Assembly: GCF_006345805.1 (NCBI RefSeq) | Contig: NC_043003.1 | Coordinates: forward strand, 86,180,001 to 86,244,000 | DNA length: 64,000 nt | Direction of reading: 5' to 3' | Source: Octopus sinensis | Taxonomy: Eukaryota | Shown: positions 13,484-25,912 of the stretch, piece by piece | How positions within the stretch are numbered: position 1 is the stretch's first letter | Layout of the letters: each line of letters starts with the position of its first letter | Made by a program: the position numbers and the translations under genes | Notes under the pieces: model-generated | The model's input: the letters and a program-made list of their open reading frames with translations, nothing else | Told to the model about the DNA's origin: nothing | Databases searched by the model: none

Positions 13484-13629
13484 ATAATTTTTTAAATGTC
13501 TTACTTTGAAAAATTGCATTCGGTGGGATTAGTAATATTTTTGGTAGAAATGACTAATTGTCCCTCTTAGCGTGTGGCTTGTATGTATAATGCCTTCTGG
13601 CATGTATGTATAATGCCCTCTATATATAA

Positions 13630-13638
13630 TTATATATA

Positions 13639-13711
<73 letters not shown>
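13630..13711. repeat. (TA)n microsatellite
   Basis: Direct reading. Confidence 0.95.
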
Positions 13712-13714
<3 letters not shown>

Positions 13715-13862
13715 AGGCTAATCGAAAATAAAAAAAATTTAAATATTTAAAAAACAGTAGAAGTCAAAAGCGCGTACACAACGAATGTATTGGGTTGACG
13801 CTAAGTTTAAGATGGAAAATAGGTGGGAGGTGTTTACCGTTTCGAGCATAGGTCTTCGTCAG

Positions 13863-13893
<31 letters not shown>

Positions 13894-13960
13894 GAAGGTC
13901 CGGAGAAAAGGGGAAAATTGTCCAATAAAAGCTGGTTGAAGTAAATATATTGCAGAATAA
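13712..13960 (-). mobile_element. Penelope-like terminal-repeat relic with a degenerate hammerhead motif
   Basis: Minus strand 13866-13833 reads cttt-CTGACGA-a-gacc(tat)gctc-GAAA-cgg-ta-aa; abuts (TA)n. Confidence 0.45.
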
Positions 13961-13963
13961 TGA

Positions 13964-14134
13964 GGCAATCTTACGGTTCTAGTATATGTTACGTCAACTG
14001 ACCACGTGTATTTGTTTATATATGATCGTCGATTTCCGTAAAAAACTTTTATTTTTTTACATTTATTTTTTTACATATGGAGTTGGGGGAAATGGGATCT
14101 TTGGGGTTAGGGTTAGGGTTAGGTTTAGAGTTAT

Positions 14135-14169
<35 letters not shown>

Positions 14170-14338
14170 TGGGGTTAGGGTTAGGATTAGGGTTAGGTTT
14201 AGGACCCTAACCCTAAAGATCCCATTTCCCCCCAACCCCATATGTAAAAAAGTAAAAGTTTTTTTACGGAAATAGACGATCATATATAAACAAATACACG
14301 TCAGTTGACGTAAAATATACTAGAACCGTAAGATTGCC
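13964..14338. mobile_element. Foldback MITE with ~135-150 bp TIRs, 9-bp TSD and central (TTAGGG)n array; Mutator/MULE-like by TSD length
   Basis: Ends GGCAATCTTACGGTTCTAGTATAT / ATATACTAGAACCGTAAGATTGCC; GAATAATGA at 13955-13963 and 14339-14347; TTAGGG units ~14104-14203, CCCTAACCCTAA at 14205-14216. Confidence 0.9.
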
Positions 14339-14894
14339 GAATAATGATTGTTCACATTGGCAAAGGTTACATATTGGTTTGCAGAGAAGATAGCTGTTTA
14401 AATAAATAGCAGTATTCGACAAATAGCAATTTTGTTAGCTCACGAGGGCGATAGGCAAATTTTGCACAGGTGGAATTTGAATTTAGAAGCTAAAGGTGCT
14501 TTATTGATTCTATCAATCTACCGTCCTTTATATAGATAAGATAAATTTCCGCCATGAGGTATAAGCTCTGTATGATATGGTGATATATGGATATATATGT
14601 AGATGTCCAAAGCACAAATTCTTTAGTAGTGCAGTATCGTTCTGCAGCAAATATGAGAAAGCTAGATATTTATATATACACAGATGTATGCTTGTGTATA
14701 AGTTATGGTGGTACATTTCGTATATAAAAACGTAATACCGTAACTTACGCAGAATATTCGCCGAATTTCCTATGTAATTTCCTCCTATTACAAGGTGGCA
14801 AAGCGAAAGAATATATATTAAAAAGTTAATTCAGGTTTTTAGAAAATCGCTGTCCAACATCAATTGCATTTTGTATTTATGTTCACATCCAAGA

Positions 14895-14919
14895 ATATAT
14901 CTACACATCTATCTATCTG

Positions 14920-14975
<56 letters not shown>

Positions 14976-15070
14976 CTTATCTATCTATGAGTCTACCTAC
15001 CTATCTATGTACCTATCTCTCTATCTCTCTATCTCTCTATCTCTCTCTCTCTCTCTCTATCTATCTATTT
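14895..15070. repeat. (TATC)n/(TC)n microsatellite
   Basis: Direct reading. Confidence 0.9.
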
Positions 15071-15740
15071 AAGCATTAATATAAACGTATAAAAGTTTTT
15101 AAAATGTTTTAAATAATAATATTAATTCATATAGTTCTATCCGACTTGTGTGATAACTTCGTTGATATTTCCATAAAGTTGATGCAACAATACAACAGAA
15201 AATAGTTCTTTATTAGATTAGAAGCTACGATCACAGGCGTAAGACAATGTTAACAGAAGGATACGTATTCATTATCTTAGTGCCGAAAGCCGAGCACCTA
15301 TTTCATTTGATCGGAAATAACGACACGACTCAATTTTATCACTTCACTAAATCTTGTGCGTGATTTAGAAATATTTTTAGATCAGTAGTATTGATAATTG
15401 AAAACCTCAGAAACAATTGATTTAACGATTTCTTCACACTTTTAGAACCGGCATTGTGGCTTTTAAAACTTTCTAATCGAAATAACTTACATGTTATTAA
15501 TGGAACATTAGTGTACCAGAATTATCAATAATGTACCAATCACATATAGTTATTGTTTTCGATGTAACGAGAATGTTATATAGTTTAAATAATTTTTAGT
15601 TTCTTATATTTTATAGAAAATAACCTGAACCCATTACCAAGACATTGCGTTAAATATCATCTCAACTAAGCAAGCAATTAAGATGTTACTCGTTCTTGTA
15701 TATAGCAAGTGAAGTTTATAAATAAACAGTATCTCCTTAA

Positions 15741-15876
15741 CTTCAAAGTCTCCCTTGACCACAAGTGGCCTGAACTCTTTACATGAACACCACCCTGTAC
15801 ATAACTCCATGTCCCCCCTACATGGCCTTGCTTTTTGCTTTTTGAGCCAAAAAATTAACTAACTAACTAACTAACT
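15741..15876 (+). mobile_element. Very short 3' stub of the CR1-like family also at 17385-18120
   Basis: aaagtctcccttgaccacaagtggcctgaactcttt..ctgtacataactccatgtcccc matches the 3' end of the minus-strand copy; (AACT)n tail. Confidence 0.8.
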
Positions 15877-16599
15877 CTCCCCCCATGTGAACTATTTGAA
15901 GATTTACTCTATTAAAATCAATAACACCAGCATAGTCATATAAGTTTGAGTAAAAAATAATTTCAAATAATTGACTAGTTATGACTCTTAAGGCATTTAC
16001 ACAAACACTCATTGATTGGTTGTTTGGTTAATCGATACAACAAATAAGCAGTTAAATACTGTTACCTTTTCCGAAACTTAATATACCTGTCCATAATTTA
16101 ATCTCATTACGGAATGTTTGTTTTCTTTTTAATCATTTGAGATTTGATGAATAGTAAATATGAGTAGCGAAATTTTATATCGAATTATTGATGTATCATT
16201 GGCTTTGAAGAAAAAAGTTCAATAAAAACAATTAGTAACATATTCGAATCGATTCCTTTTTAAAAACACTTTCTCTGTGTTTACTTTTTAAATTTAAATA
16301 CTGTGTTAGCTTTTATATTTATTGTTTGAAGTATAGGGAAAAAATCATTACAGCTAAAAGAAAAGTGTTGTTTGAACATAAGACTAAACTGTTTAGTGTA
16401 TTTTTTTTCTTTGGCTTCCGCATGTCAGCTTATAAAATAGGGAACGGTACTTTATATAGTGAACAAATTGAAATGTCACGCACTAAGAGTCAGTCAATCA
16501 CGTGCTTCTGCCGAGAGAAATTAAACTAGTTGATGGCATAAGAAATAAAATTTTGATAAAGAAAACACTTCAAGCGGTATGTAATATATAACATACACG

Positions 16600-16603
16600 C
16601 ACG

Positions 16604-16692
<89 letters not shown>
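16600..16692. repeat. (CA)n microsatellite
   Basis: Direct reading. Confidence 0.95.
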
Positions 16693-16693
<1 letters not shown>

Positions 16694-17384
16694 CACTCAA
16701 TCAAGGTTATAATCAAGGATCAACAGAATAAACAATATTGTTTGAAGTTGCCAATAACAGTTTTGTTTTATCCATAAAAATCATCTAATTAGATGAAACC
16801 AATATAAATATGAATGATTTTATATTGATTGCTTATGTAGTGTAATGTGTAATTGACGATTATAATATAATACTAGTACTTACTTTATAAGCTTTAGAGA
16901 CATTAGACAAAGCCAACATTTGTGTAATTTGAAAATTGTCATGAAACACGATAAAAAACACTGGTATCTATTTAGTCTGGCGTTTAATTATTTTTGCAAA
17001 ATACTTGCACATATCTGTATTTCTAGATTATATGTTAGGTTTAATCAAAGTTTAGGTTTCGAAAGTAGTTTCCTAGACATCGGTTATATACCATAAACTC
17101 CTGCTTTGTTTTGTATGTGTTTTCTGTCAGTACTTCTCAATCACCATTTCTCCTCTCTATTTCTCTACCACTGATATAAGAAAGCACGAAGTGAGGATAT
17201 TGTTAGATTTTTCATTATATCACTGAAATATTGGTTTTCTGAGTTAATAATTTATTTAAACATTATATTCAAGAGAAATGAAGGGTTTTGCTATACGGTG
17301 ATATTCATAGCTTATCCAACATTATTAGCGGCATAAAAAAGCACGAATATTTCCGAAGTATTATGCTCCATAAGAGTTGGTTAT

Positions 17385-18120
17385 GTTAAGTTAGGCCATG
17401 TAGGGGGACATGGAGTTATGTACAGGGGTGTTCATGCAAAGAGTTCAGGCCATTTCTGGTCAAGAGAGACTTTTAACCGAGCGTTCGTCGGCATCTTCAC
17501 TATCTCGTCCGGCAGCTTATTCCACGGATCCGCAACCCGGACAGAGAAAGCCCCTCTCCTTCGATTGAGATGAAATCGTCGCAGATAGAGCTTTTCGGAG
17601 TGACCCCGCAGCCTACGCTCTGGAGCAGGAGTGAAGAACAGCTCTTTCGAGAGGTTACACTTTCCGCTTATGATGTTGTGAGCAAGAATGAGATCACCAC
17701 GGCGTCGTCGTTTTTCTAGAGAATAAAGGTCGAGCATCTTCAGCCTTTCTTCATAATGCTTGAGACCAAGAACCATGCGGGTAGCTAGCTTCTGGACTCT
17801 TTCGAGATGATTTATATCTTTGAGGAGATAAGGAGAAGAGCCTTGAATCCCGTACTCCAATATGGGTCTCACCAGCGTGACATAGAGCGGTAGGAATATG
17901 GCTGCTGTGAGCATTCCGAATGATCGTCGAATCAAAAACAGAACTCCGCGTGCTTTGTTGGCAGCATGGACGCACTGGGCCGAAGGCGAAAAGGAAGAAT
18001 CCACCAAGATACCCAGGTCCTTTACCTGGTTGGTCCTCTCCAGCAGCAGACGACCCGGCTCGAAATAAAGTTGAGTTGCAGGAGAAGAGCCAACAGGCAG
18101 ATGACAGCACTTTGACACTT
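17385..18120 (-). mobile_element. 5'-truncated CR1-clade LINE (RT thumb and C-terminus)
   Basis: Open ORF 17432-18118: KDLGILVD, YVTLVRPILEY, LERVQKLATRMV, YEERLKMLDLYSLEKRRRRGDLI, FSVRVADPWNKLP. Confidence 0.9.
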
Positions 18121-18159
18121 TCAGACACAGTATCTATTTCCAGTGTATATTGTATTAAG

Positions 18160-18279
18160 TGGATGACAGAGAAATATTCTATCGATACGTGTTGGTTCAT
18201 CTCACTGGAGGTGTTGAACTGGGTATTGCACACGTAAAATTCCACTGCTTAGGACTGAGCTCAATAAAGTTTTCAACAG
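18160..18279 (+). CDS. Candidate isolated internal exon (120 bp, phase 1-1) of an unidentified host gene
   Basis: ttgtattaAG|TG...ACAG|GTATGA; open frame DDREIFYRYVLVHLTGGVELGIAHVKFHCLGLSSIKFST; no homolog recognised. Confidence 0.25.
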
Positions 18280-20213
18280 GTATGAGAACTTAATTTTACG
18301 TCTGCTAATTCTGGGACAACGTTAAAGTTCAGATGCCTAGGGTATGCACAAAGCAAGCTATATGCAGATGGTGATACTTTTTTTTAGAATCAGCGACATG
18401 AAAGAAACTAGATAAATCCAGTATGCAATGCACTTCAGTCTTTGACGAATAAACATACTGACAAAAAAGAAATTTTGTAGTAGGTGACTCGAATGTAAGT
18501 TAGACGTACAGAATGTACTATTGTTCAAAGCACAGTGAGACAATCGCTTAGTATATAATCGTGAACTACTGTTTAATTATTCCAAATTCTTAAAACACTT
18601 TATACTTCAAATAATTATTGGAAATACAGCTTCGTTTTGTCGATTGTGACATAAAAGATCGTAATGGTAGGCAACCTTTCATGGAGGAAATCTACGCCAT
18701 AAATCATTGTAAAACCAATAACTTCGAATCAAAGGCACAGAAAACGTATTAGACAATGATAACATCATAATTCTGGAAAACAATTTTTTCTGCAGATATG
18801 GTTGTAACTTAATCTAATCCAAAGATCTTTAGAGAAGTTTGTGTATTTTCACAATCTAATTGCAGTCGAAAATATTTCAAAAATTACATAAACTTTTATT
18901 TTTTGATCTTACAGGGAAGCCTTACTGACTGAGTACTATTCTTGAGAAAATTAGCTTTTCAGACTACTGATACGAATCTATCTCAGTTAATTTGGAGTTA
19001 ACGTGATTGCATACTACTGTAGAAATATTTTGAATGGAAAAGATCAATGTAGATGCTGTTTAGAACAATTCACATAGAACTATGATAAGTGTGTACACGC
19101 TCTACATATCTTTCGAAACTGAATAACCGTGTAAGCCATTGTGATGTATCGCAGGAATGGAATATGTCACTCATTTATAACTTGAGGATGTACATACGAA
19201 TGCTAATGTGTGCCAACATGCACATACCCTTCACTCTCTCATACTCACATGCACATACATATAGCTAACTATCGTCAATGTGTATGGATCTTTGCACTCT
19301 AATAGTGAATGATCGTATGTGCATGATTGTGTACATATTTACGTGCTAGTAGTGTTCGTTTGAGTATCTCTCTTTCTCTCTCACTCTCTTGCAGACTCAC
19401 ACTTTTACATCGTGACAAATGATTTCTGCGACAGGAAGTTACCGTTAGCACTTTAATATCAGAGATTGTTTTGTGCTGATTCTCTTTTAAACTTGTTTTT
19501 TTTTCTCCAGATTTATAGCATTGAAAATTTTGAACAAAAACGATGGGATTTGGACACAAAGCTTCTATCTCCGTGCAATGAAAGCTGATATTAAAACGGT
19601 TTTATTTTAATTACAAAAACTTGCTTTGTAGCATAGGAATACGACCACCAATTCTAGGAGACGAAGCACTTCATTTTAATCAACTAGTTCTTGTTGCGTT
19701 GACTCAGTAAATTTGAAAGGCAAAATTAGTTTCAACTTAATCTGAATTCAGAATATAAAGACACATTCGTCGATGACAGGTCGTTACGTTTTCCATTACG
19801 GGAAAATAATTGACAAAGTATGTTATGTAGAACCACTCATTGTGACCCAAAGAACATAGAATTATATAACACACTAAAGGAAAAAGAAAGGTAATATAAA
19901 TATCACCAACAGAGGAGAAAAGGACGCGAGAATAATCCGCCTGATGGCAAACGATTTAAGGTTTAATAAGTGTATGGGATTACAGGCATTGAATAGAAAG
20001 TTAAAAATAGACTCTCCAAGCTGATAAAAGCAGAGCAGGATTATTAATTTCAAATCTGACATTACGAAAATCTCTCCTGAAAGTGAAATACAAATGTGTA
20101 TCTCAAGAATGTGAAGTAGTTGATGTACAGTTGAGCACGTAGTCTCATGGAGCCCAATAGTAGCAAAAATAATACTTCCTACTGAGGACACAAATTTTTA
20201 GAAGAGGTATATA

Positions 20214-20325
20214 GTCGATTAATACTTATTCTATCGATCCCAAAATGACAAAGTTGGCCTCAGCGAAATTTGAACTCAAAACGAAAAGCCGGAAGAAATG
20301 CCGCCAAACTTTGTGGGGCGTGCTA
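20214..20325 (-). mobile_element. SINE family A fragment
   Basis: Revcomp of the core cgttttgagttcaaatttcgctgaggccaactttgtc. Confidence 0.6.
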
Positions 20326-21304
20326 ATGATTGCGTCAGCTCATTCACAGTCTTACAATAGTTGTAAAAATAATGCAAACCATGTACTCTCGAAGGCAAAT
20401 ATGTTGAAGTGGGATAATGAAATTTGGACTATATATACAAATAATATCACGGAGATGAAAGGAATTGAAAAGTTAGGATAGAAACTACAAACCATATTGA
20501 AATATCCTCGGGCAATAATTCTGTCCAAGATATCAAAAACTAAGGCACCAAAGTAGCGCAGAAATTCTTTGAAAAGTACTGTTATATCCAGAAACCTACC
20601 CGACTTTATGGTTGCAGAATTACCTAGGTATAAGAATCTACACTCGGGAGAGTATACAAATGCTACTTTTTCTGTAACGAAGACTCAAGACTCAATTTTT
20701 TTTCAGGACTTGAAAAACAAAGTGGTCACTCAATTAAATGATACAAGGCACACTGTGAAATAGATCGATCCCATAAAGAGAAAAGCAAAGTCGATATCAA
20801 ATGGATTGATTTTAGAATGTAAACAAACGTAATTTAAGATTGCGATTAAATGATGAGGAATTTCAACAATGGAAATAATGAAAATCATACAAATTGTTGA
20901 GATGCAATCACTATATTTGAAAATGATAATAGAGGTAGCTACGGAAAAAGAAGATCATCGATTCCATTTTTGGAGAGTAAAAGAGACGTATATGTAAGTG
21001 TAAAAGAATAAATGTTACTTGTTAACGAGATCGCATCAGATTTAGTAAAGAACCTGCTATATGGTCGGATTAGTTATAAGGAGCAATTGAATAAATTCTG
21101 TATGGCTGGATTCTCTGTATTTTGTGCACAAATTGTATGGTATCATCGTCAATTCCTTTAAAACAATAAAAACCGATAATTATTTCTTACTGTAAAAAAA
21201 AACAACACCAGACCTACGCCACGTGGTAACTCAGTGATTCAGAGTATTTGGTTTTAGTATTTGCCTGATAGTTAAAAGCGTATTGCCTACTACCTACCAC
21301 CTTG

Positions 21305-21720
21305 GGTAGGTGCATGTCGGGCAAAATGCTTAGCGGCCATTTCGACCGTCTTTACGTTGAGTTCAAATCCCCGCAAAGTCGAGTTTGTCTTTCATCTTTA
21401 CCGGCTCGATAAAATAAGTAGCGGCCAAGTATTGGGGTTGATGTAATCGACTTCCCCTTGCTCTAAAAGACTGATGCCCGGTACCAAAATTTGAAACCTT
21501 TATTATTATTAATGCAACAAGTTAATAGAAACTTTAGCTCGTAGGGGAAATGGTTAGCAACATTATTTCGGCCCGCTAGCGGTCAACTCGCGCCGAGGAC
21601 AATTTTGCTTTCCATCGTTTCAGAATCGATAAAATAAAGTACCAGTCAAATACCAGGGTCGATGTAATCGACTAACTTGCTCCCCCTAAATTTGCAGGCT
21701 TTGTAACGAATTGGAAATAT
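21305..21720 (+). mobile_element. Two tandem degenerate family A SINEs separated by (ATT)n
   Basis: Two cores with aaatgcttagcgg..gagttcaaat..gataaaataag..gatgtaatcgact. Confidence 0.65.
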
Positions 21721-22689
21721 TATAATTCTTCACTCTGGACGCTGAATATGTTGCATATGACTCGTTCCTGAAGAAAACCGACGTTGCTGAATGGAACAAT
21801 TTTTTTTAGCTGAAGCACTCGCTTACTGGTAACATAAAACTATTTGAAATTTCTCCCTAGAAAAGTTGTCAAATGAAATCAATAGTGCTTATGTTTTATC
21901 ATATATATCAGCGATATAAAAAGGCAATGGATATCTCTAGCTACGTCTATAAAATGTTCCAAACAGAAAACAGATAAAAAGTAGAAAACTACTTTAATTG
22001 CAACACAATATATTTATAGCAACCACGAATTGAAAGAAGACACACATATTCTAACACCGGGCTTAAGTATATTAAAGTAAGAATATTGTGAACAACAACG
22101 AGAGCAACATAAGGAACGGTATGCATGCATTCAATACTGTAATTGTAAATACGAAGAATTGAAAAGTATATTTCACAAACGTTCTTTCGAGCGTTAAAAA
22201 TATCTCGATGTAGAACTTCGCTTGGCTGATTTTTGTACATATTACAGGCACCATAGAAATTCGAGAGAAGAGGAAAGTAACCTTATAGGATCTTACAAAA
22301 AGCAGATTTTTTCCTATTATATATATATAGGTAAGAAATGAAGTCATATCTGACAGATATTTTAAATGATTTATTTTTTTGAAAGAGAGGAGATATGCCA
22401 CCTGTAGTATCATACGTATATCTTTAGATAGAGAGCAGGATGAAAGCGCAATTCGAAATGGTACGCGACTCATAAGAGGGAATCGTTGTATATGGAAGGG
22501 AGAGACACAGTAGTTACCATCAGCGATATCTGTTACGATGTTCACCTCTAGGTAATAGTTCGTGCCACAATACATTCGTGTGATCACGAACATTTAATGA
22601 TATGTGGTTATGATATAACATTTAATGATATGTAGTTAGTGGTTAGGTTGGGTCACCAGGGATATACAGTCATGATTACGCCTACAGGA

Positions 22690-23790
22690 CCACAAAACAA
22701 TACTAGATCTGTCGAAGATGTTGAGAAGACCTTAAAACTCACTTGGTACTAAATGACCAGGAACTACTACATAGTAAATACATCATCAAATTCACTTGTG
22801 AAGAGGGTCCTAAAAGGAGTCCGGGGTGGGGGTGAGTAGACATACTCAAAAGAACAAAAAACACACAACAGAAAAACCAAAGAAGGCAATCAAAGGTGAG
22901 ATTGAAGGTGGGAATTGGTGAGAAGGTGAGAATTGCAAAATCTGATCTTACATTGTTTATTTTGTCCTCTATAATCATTATCTGGTCTTCTTGCTTCAGT
23001 AGTGTGGTCAGTCATTATGGGGAAGTCCCATAAGTACCTGTAATACTCATTCACTGTCACAGCTTGTGCTTTGTATTCATACATCTTTCCTGTAATTTCA
23101 ATGCCCTGCACTCGGCTAACATTCCAATGCACTCTTTTTCTTACGCCATCATGTCTACCTTTAAACTGTTTTCTTGTTAGCTTACTGCACTCATCAAGAA
23201 ATAATTGATACTTTCGTCTCCTTTTCTGCATATTATACAATTTTTTGTCAACCTTTTATCAGATTCGTCTTTATAGTTTGTCACTGAGCGGCTATATTTA
23301 GCGCTTCGGTCTCTCGTTTCAGGTTTCTCTCTGAAAGCCATAGCCAGCGTTTTTCTATTTTTTTAATTTAAGCATTCCCGGCTTATTTGGAGCATGCCTT
23401 TCATCACTTTGCTCTGTTGTTCATTCTTCTGTTCTTCAATCCTCCCACGATCCAGTAAATTTTGAGGCATCTCTTTCTGCCAATATTATACTTTCTTCCC
23501 TATGTGCCATATAATTTTTCAAATTCATTATCACAGTACTAACGCGTTTAATAATCTCTGCCCCATTCCTTTTTTGGTAAGTACAGTCTGACGGTATTAC
23601 TTTTAGGGTACGTGTTGTATTATGCGCAGCGTTTAGTTCTGTAGCTCGACCTTTGTCCATTTCAGAAAGGGAGAAGATTATCTTAATACTAGTACAGCTC
23701 ATGTATTTATTGCTTTAATAATATTCCCTCCACTTAATTTTGTTTTGAGTACCATCTTAATTCTTCCCTTGAACTTTTTCATTTCTTGTA
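22690..23790 (-). mobile_element. Degenerate R4/Dong-like relic
   Basis: ORF 22890-23240 GRHDGVRKRVHW..YLWDFPIMTDHTTEARRPD; ORF 23436-23702 RT C-terminal remnant. Confidence 0.75.
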
Positions 23791-25912
23791 TTTTCCTATC
23801 ATCTTTGAACACCTCTATGTATTTCTATCCCCCATTAATCCACTGCGATGTTGTGATAATTTTATGCCATGCGAGTTTATCTTCTGGCCTCACTTCATAA
23901 TTAGAACTGCACACTTATTTACTCTAAACTGCATTCTAATTTCCTTGCTGAATTTTCTTGCTGTTTGGATTAGAGAATCCAGGTCTTTCTTATACTTTTG
24001 TATATAGTCTGAAAGCCTAAAGGGAAGTCACACCGTTTTCCCAGATTCAACATGAACAGCAACAAAAATCGCCAAATCACCAACAAGGCCAACTACAACG
24101 ACAAAACGAGCAAAACTAACGTGGTCGCCAACAACAACAACAACAACAACAAAAACAAACAGTAACTAACAGAAAAGCAAGATCGACAATAAGAACGATA
24201 ACAGTAGCAACAGCAACACCATCAGGTCATTTACACGAAATCAGACTCATCGTTTGCTAACCGAACGCAAGACCGGATTGATTTAATAATAGAAGACAAC
24301 ACAGAGTTCAACCGAAAAGTCTGGCAATGATTAGCTAGGCTAGACCTATTCCTGCTTCTCCAGAAAGAGGAATGTAACATTAGAAAAACTACCACTTATA
24401 AATGAATAAAGAGAACAATTTAGAATTGATAACCTAACACCAGCAGAAGCAGAGATGTAATAAAGGACGTACAGGAATCAATAATGCATGTGAAAAAAAG
24501 AAAGCATTAAGGAGTGAACAAAAGATGAGCAGCAATAGAGGAAGGTTAAAGAGATTAGCAGCAGAAAAACACGCCTTACAAACGGAGACCACACCTGCTC
24601 GCCGACCTACACTGTGAATCGATTATCATTGCTAACATGTTTAGTAATATCGGAGTTATTGCTTCTTTTCCATTTCGAGGTGTATGCACACTGAGATATT
24701 TTTGAATTCTATACATGGAATATTTCGGTAACAAGGATAGGATCGGCAAACAGAATACATATATTTTCATTGGCCGATCTGCTTCCCCGTTAATCTTTTT
24801 AGGCGTGTCTACGATAATATTGCACACCAGGTCTGATGCTTACTTATATATACTTATTTTCAATTTTCATGTGAAAATGTCAGCGCAGTGTCCAATATAA
24901 ATACATTTAACAACTATGGCAAACATGTGAATATCTTACTGTTAAAAGGACTGTGCATCCCGAATTAAAGTGACCTATTGTTTCTTTTTGTGCTGATAGT
25001 ACAGGGTACGGCTGATAATGACCACTTATTTTATAATTTAATACGTGTTTGGTGAGGCAAGGCATTAATCTTGTGTCTCTGAGAAAGCAAATCATCGGTC
25101 TCCGACTTATAAGGTTTTCAAGTAGTATTGGCTCTCATATTTCTTGATTTCTTTTTGCAGGGCGTTGTAAATATCGGCCTTCGAGAGTTAAATTTTTAAC
25201 ATGTTGATGCAATCCTTTCTATTTTCATTAAAGTACCAGTTAAGTGCAGAAGTCGAGGCTTTCAGCTAACCCACTTTCCTCAGAACTGCTGACCTTATAT
25301 AAAACCATTATCATTTCTATTGTGTTATCAATATTTAAATACATTTAAGTTTCTTAGTAATTCATTTCTAGTTAATACTTAATTGCCTCCTCAAATATAA
25401 CCCAGGTGCTATTTTAACTTTTATTATTCCCTTTTAAAACAAATTAATCTTTCTTTACTAACCACAAATAATTTTTATTTAAACAGTGTTGTTACTTTGC
25501 AATATCTCTCTATTCATGAGAAAACTATTTCTTCTTCGTATACAGGTTAAATATTACATCTAGTTTTTTATCGGTTTTAGTGCAGTGCTTTAGCATTGCA
25601 GTGGATATATTTCTAGTTCTCTTTTCTAGCTACTTCAGATCACTTAATGTCCGGACCGGTTTATTTAACATGTAGTTTAGGACTAATATGCCTAATATAT
25701 TTATCAATCGGTCTCTTATTGTTGATATTGAGTTCGGTTTTTAATATTATTTCTGATTATTTGGTAGTAGTCTTATGTATATTTTCTCCTTCACATTTGA
25801 ATGTTATAGCTAGCAGATGCATTAGATTCTAAGTAATTGCCGAGGTAATTCTATTTTCATTTAGGTTTCCGAACATATAGTGATTTTAGCTCTTGTCCTT
25901 GGTATAGTTAAG

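Larger units (their letters stand above)
12932..13629 (+). mobile_element. Non-coding element: 222-bp direct repeat, 254-bp spacer, 222-bp direct repeat; each repeat carries a hammerhead (Penelope-like pLTR / retrozyme-like)
   Basis: 12932-13153 and 13408-13629 read identical (offset 476); flanked by (TA)n on both sides; no ORF recognised in the spacer. Confidence 0.8.

Noticed and set aside
14104-14216. Head-to-head TTAGGG/CCCTAA junction as a relic telomere-telomere chromosome fusion
   Set aside because: The repeats sit inside long non-telomeric TIRs bounded by a 9-bp TSD, which a transposon insertion explains better
25252-25286. Hammerhead-like CUGAGGA...GAAA..UC on the minus strand
   Set aside because: Stem II only 2-3 bp, stem III neither palindromic nor foldable, no repeat context; consistent with chance
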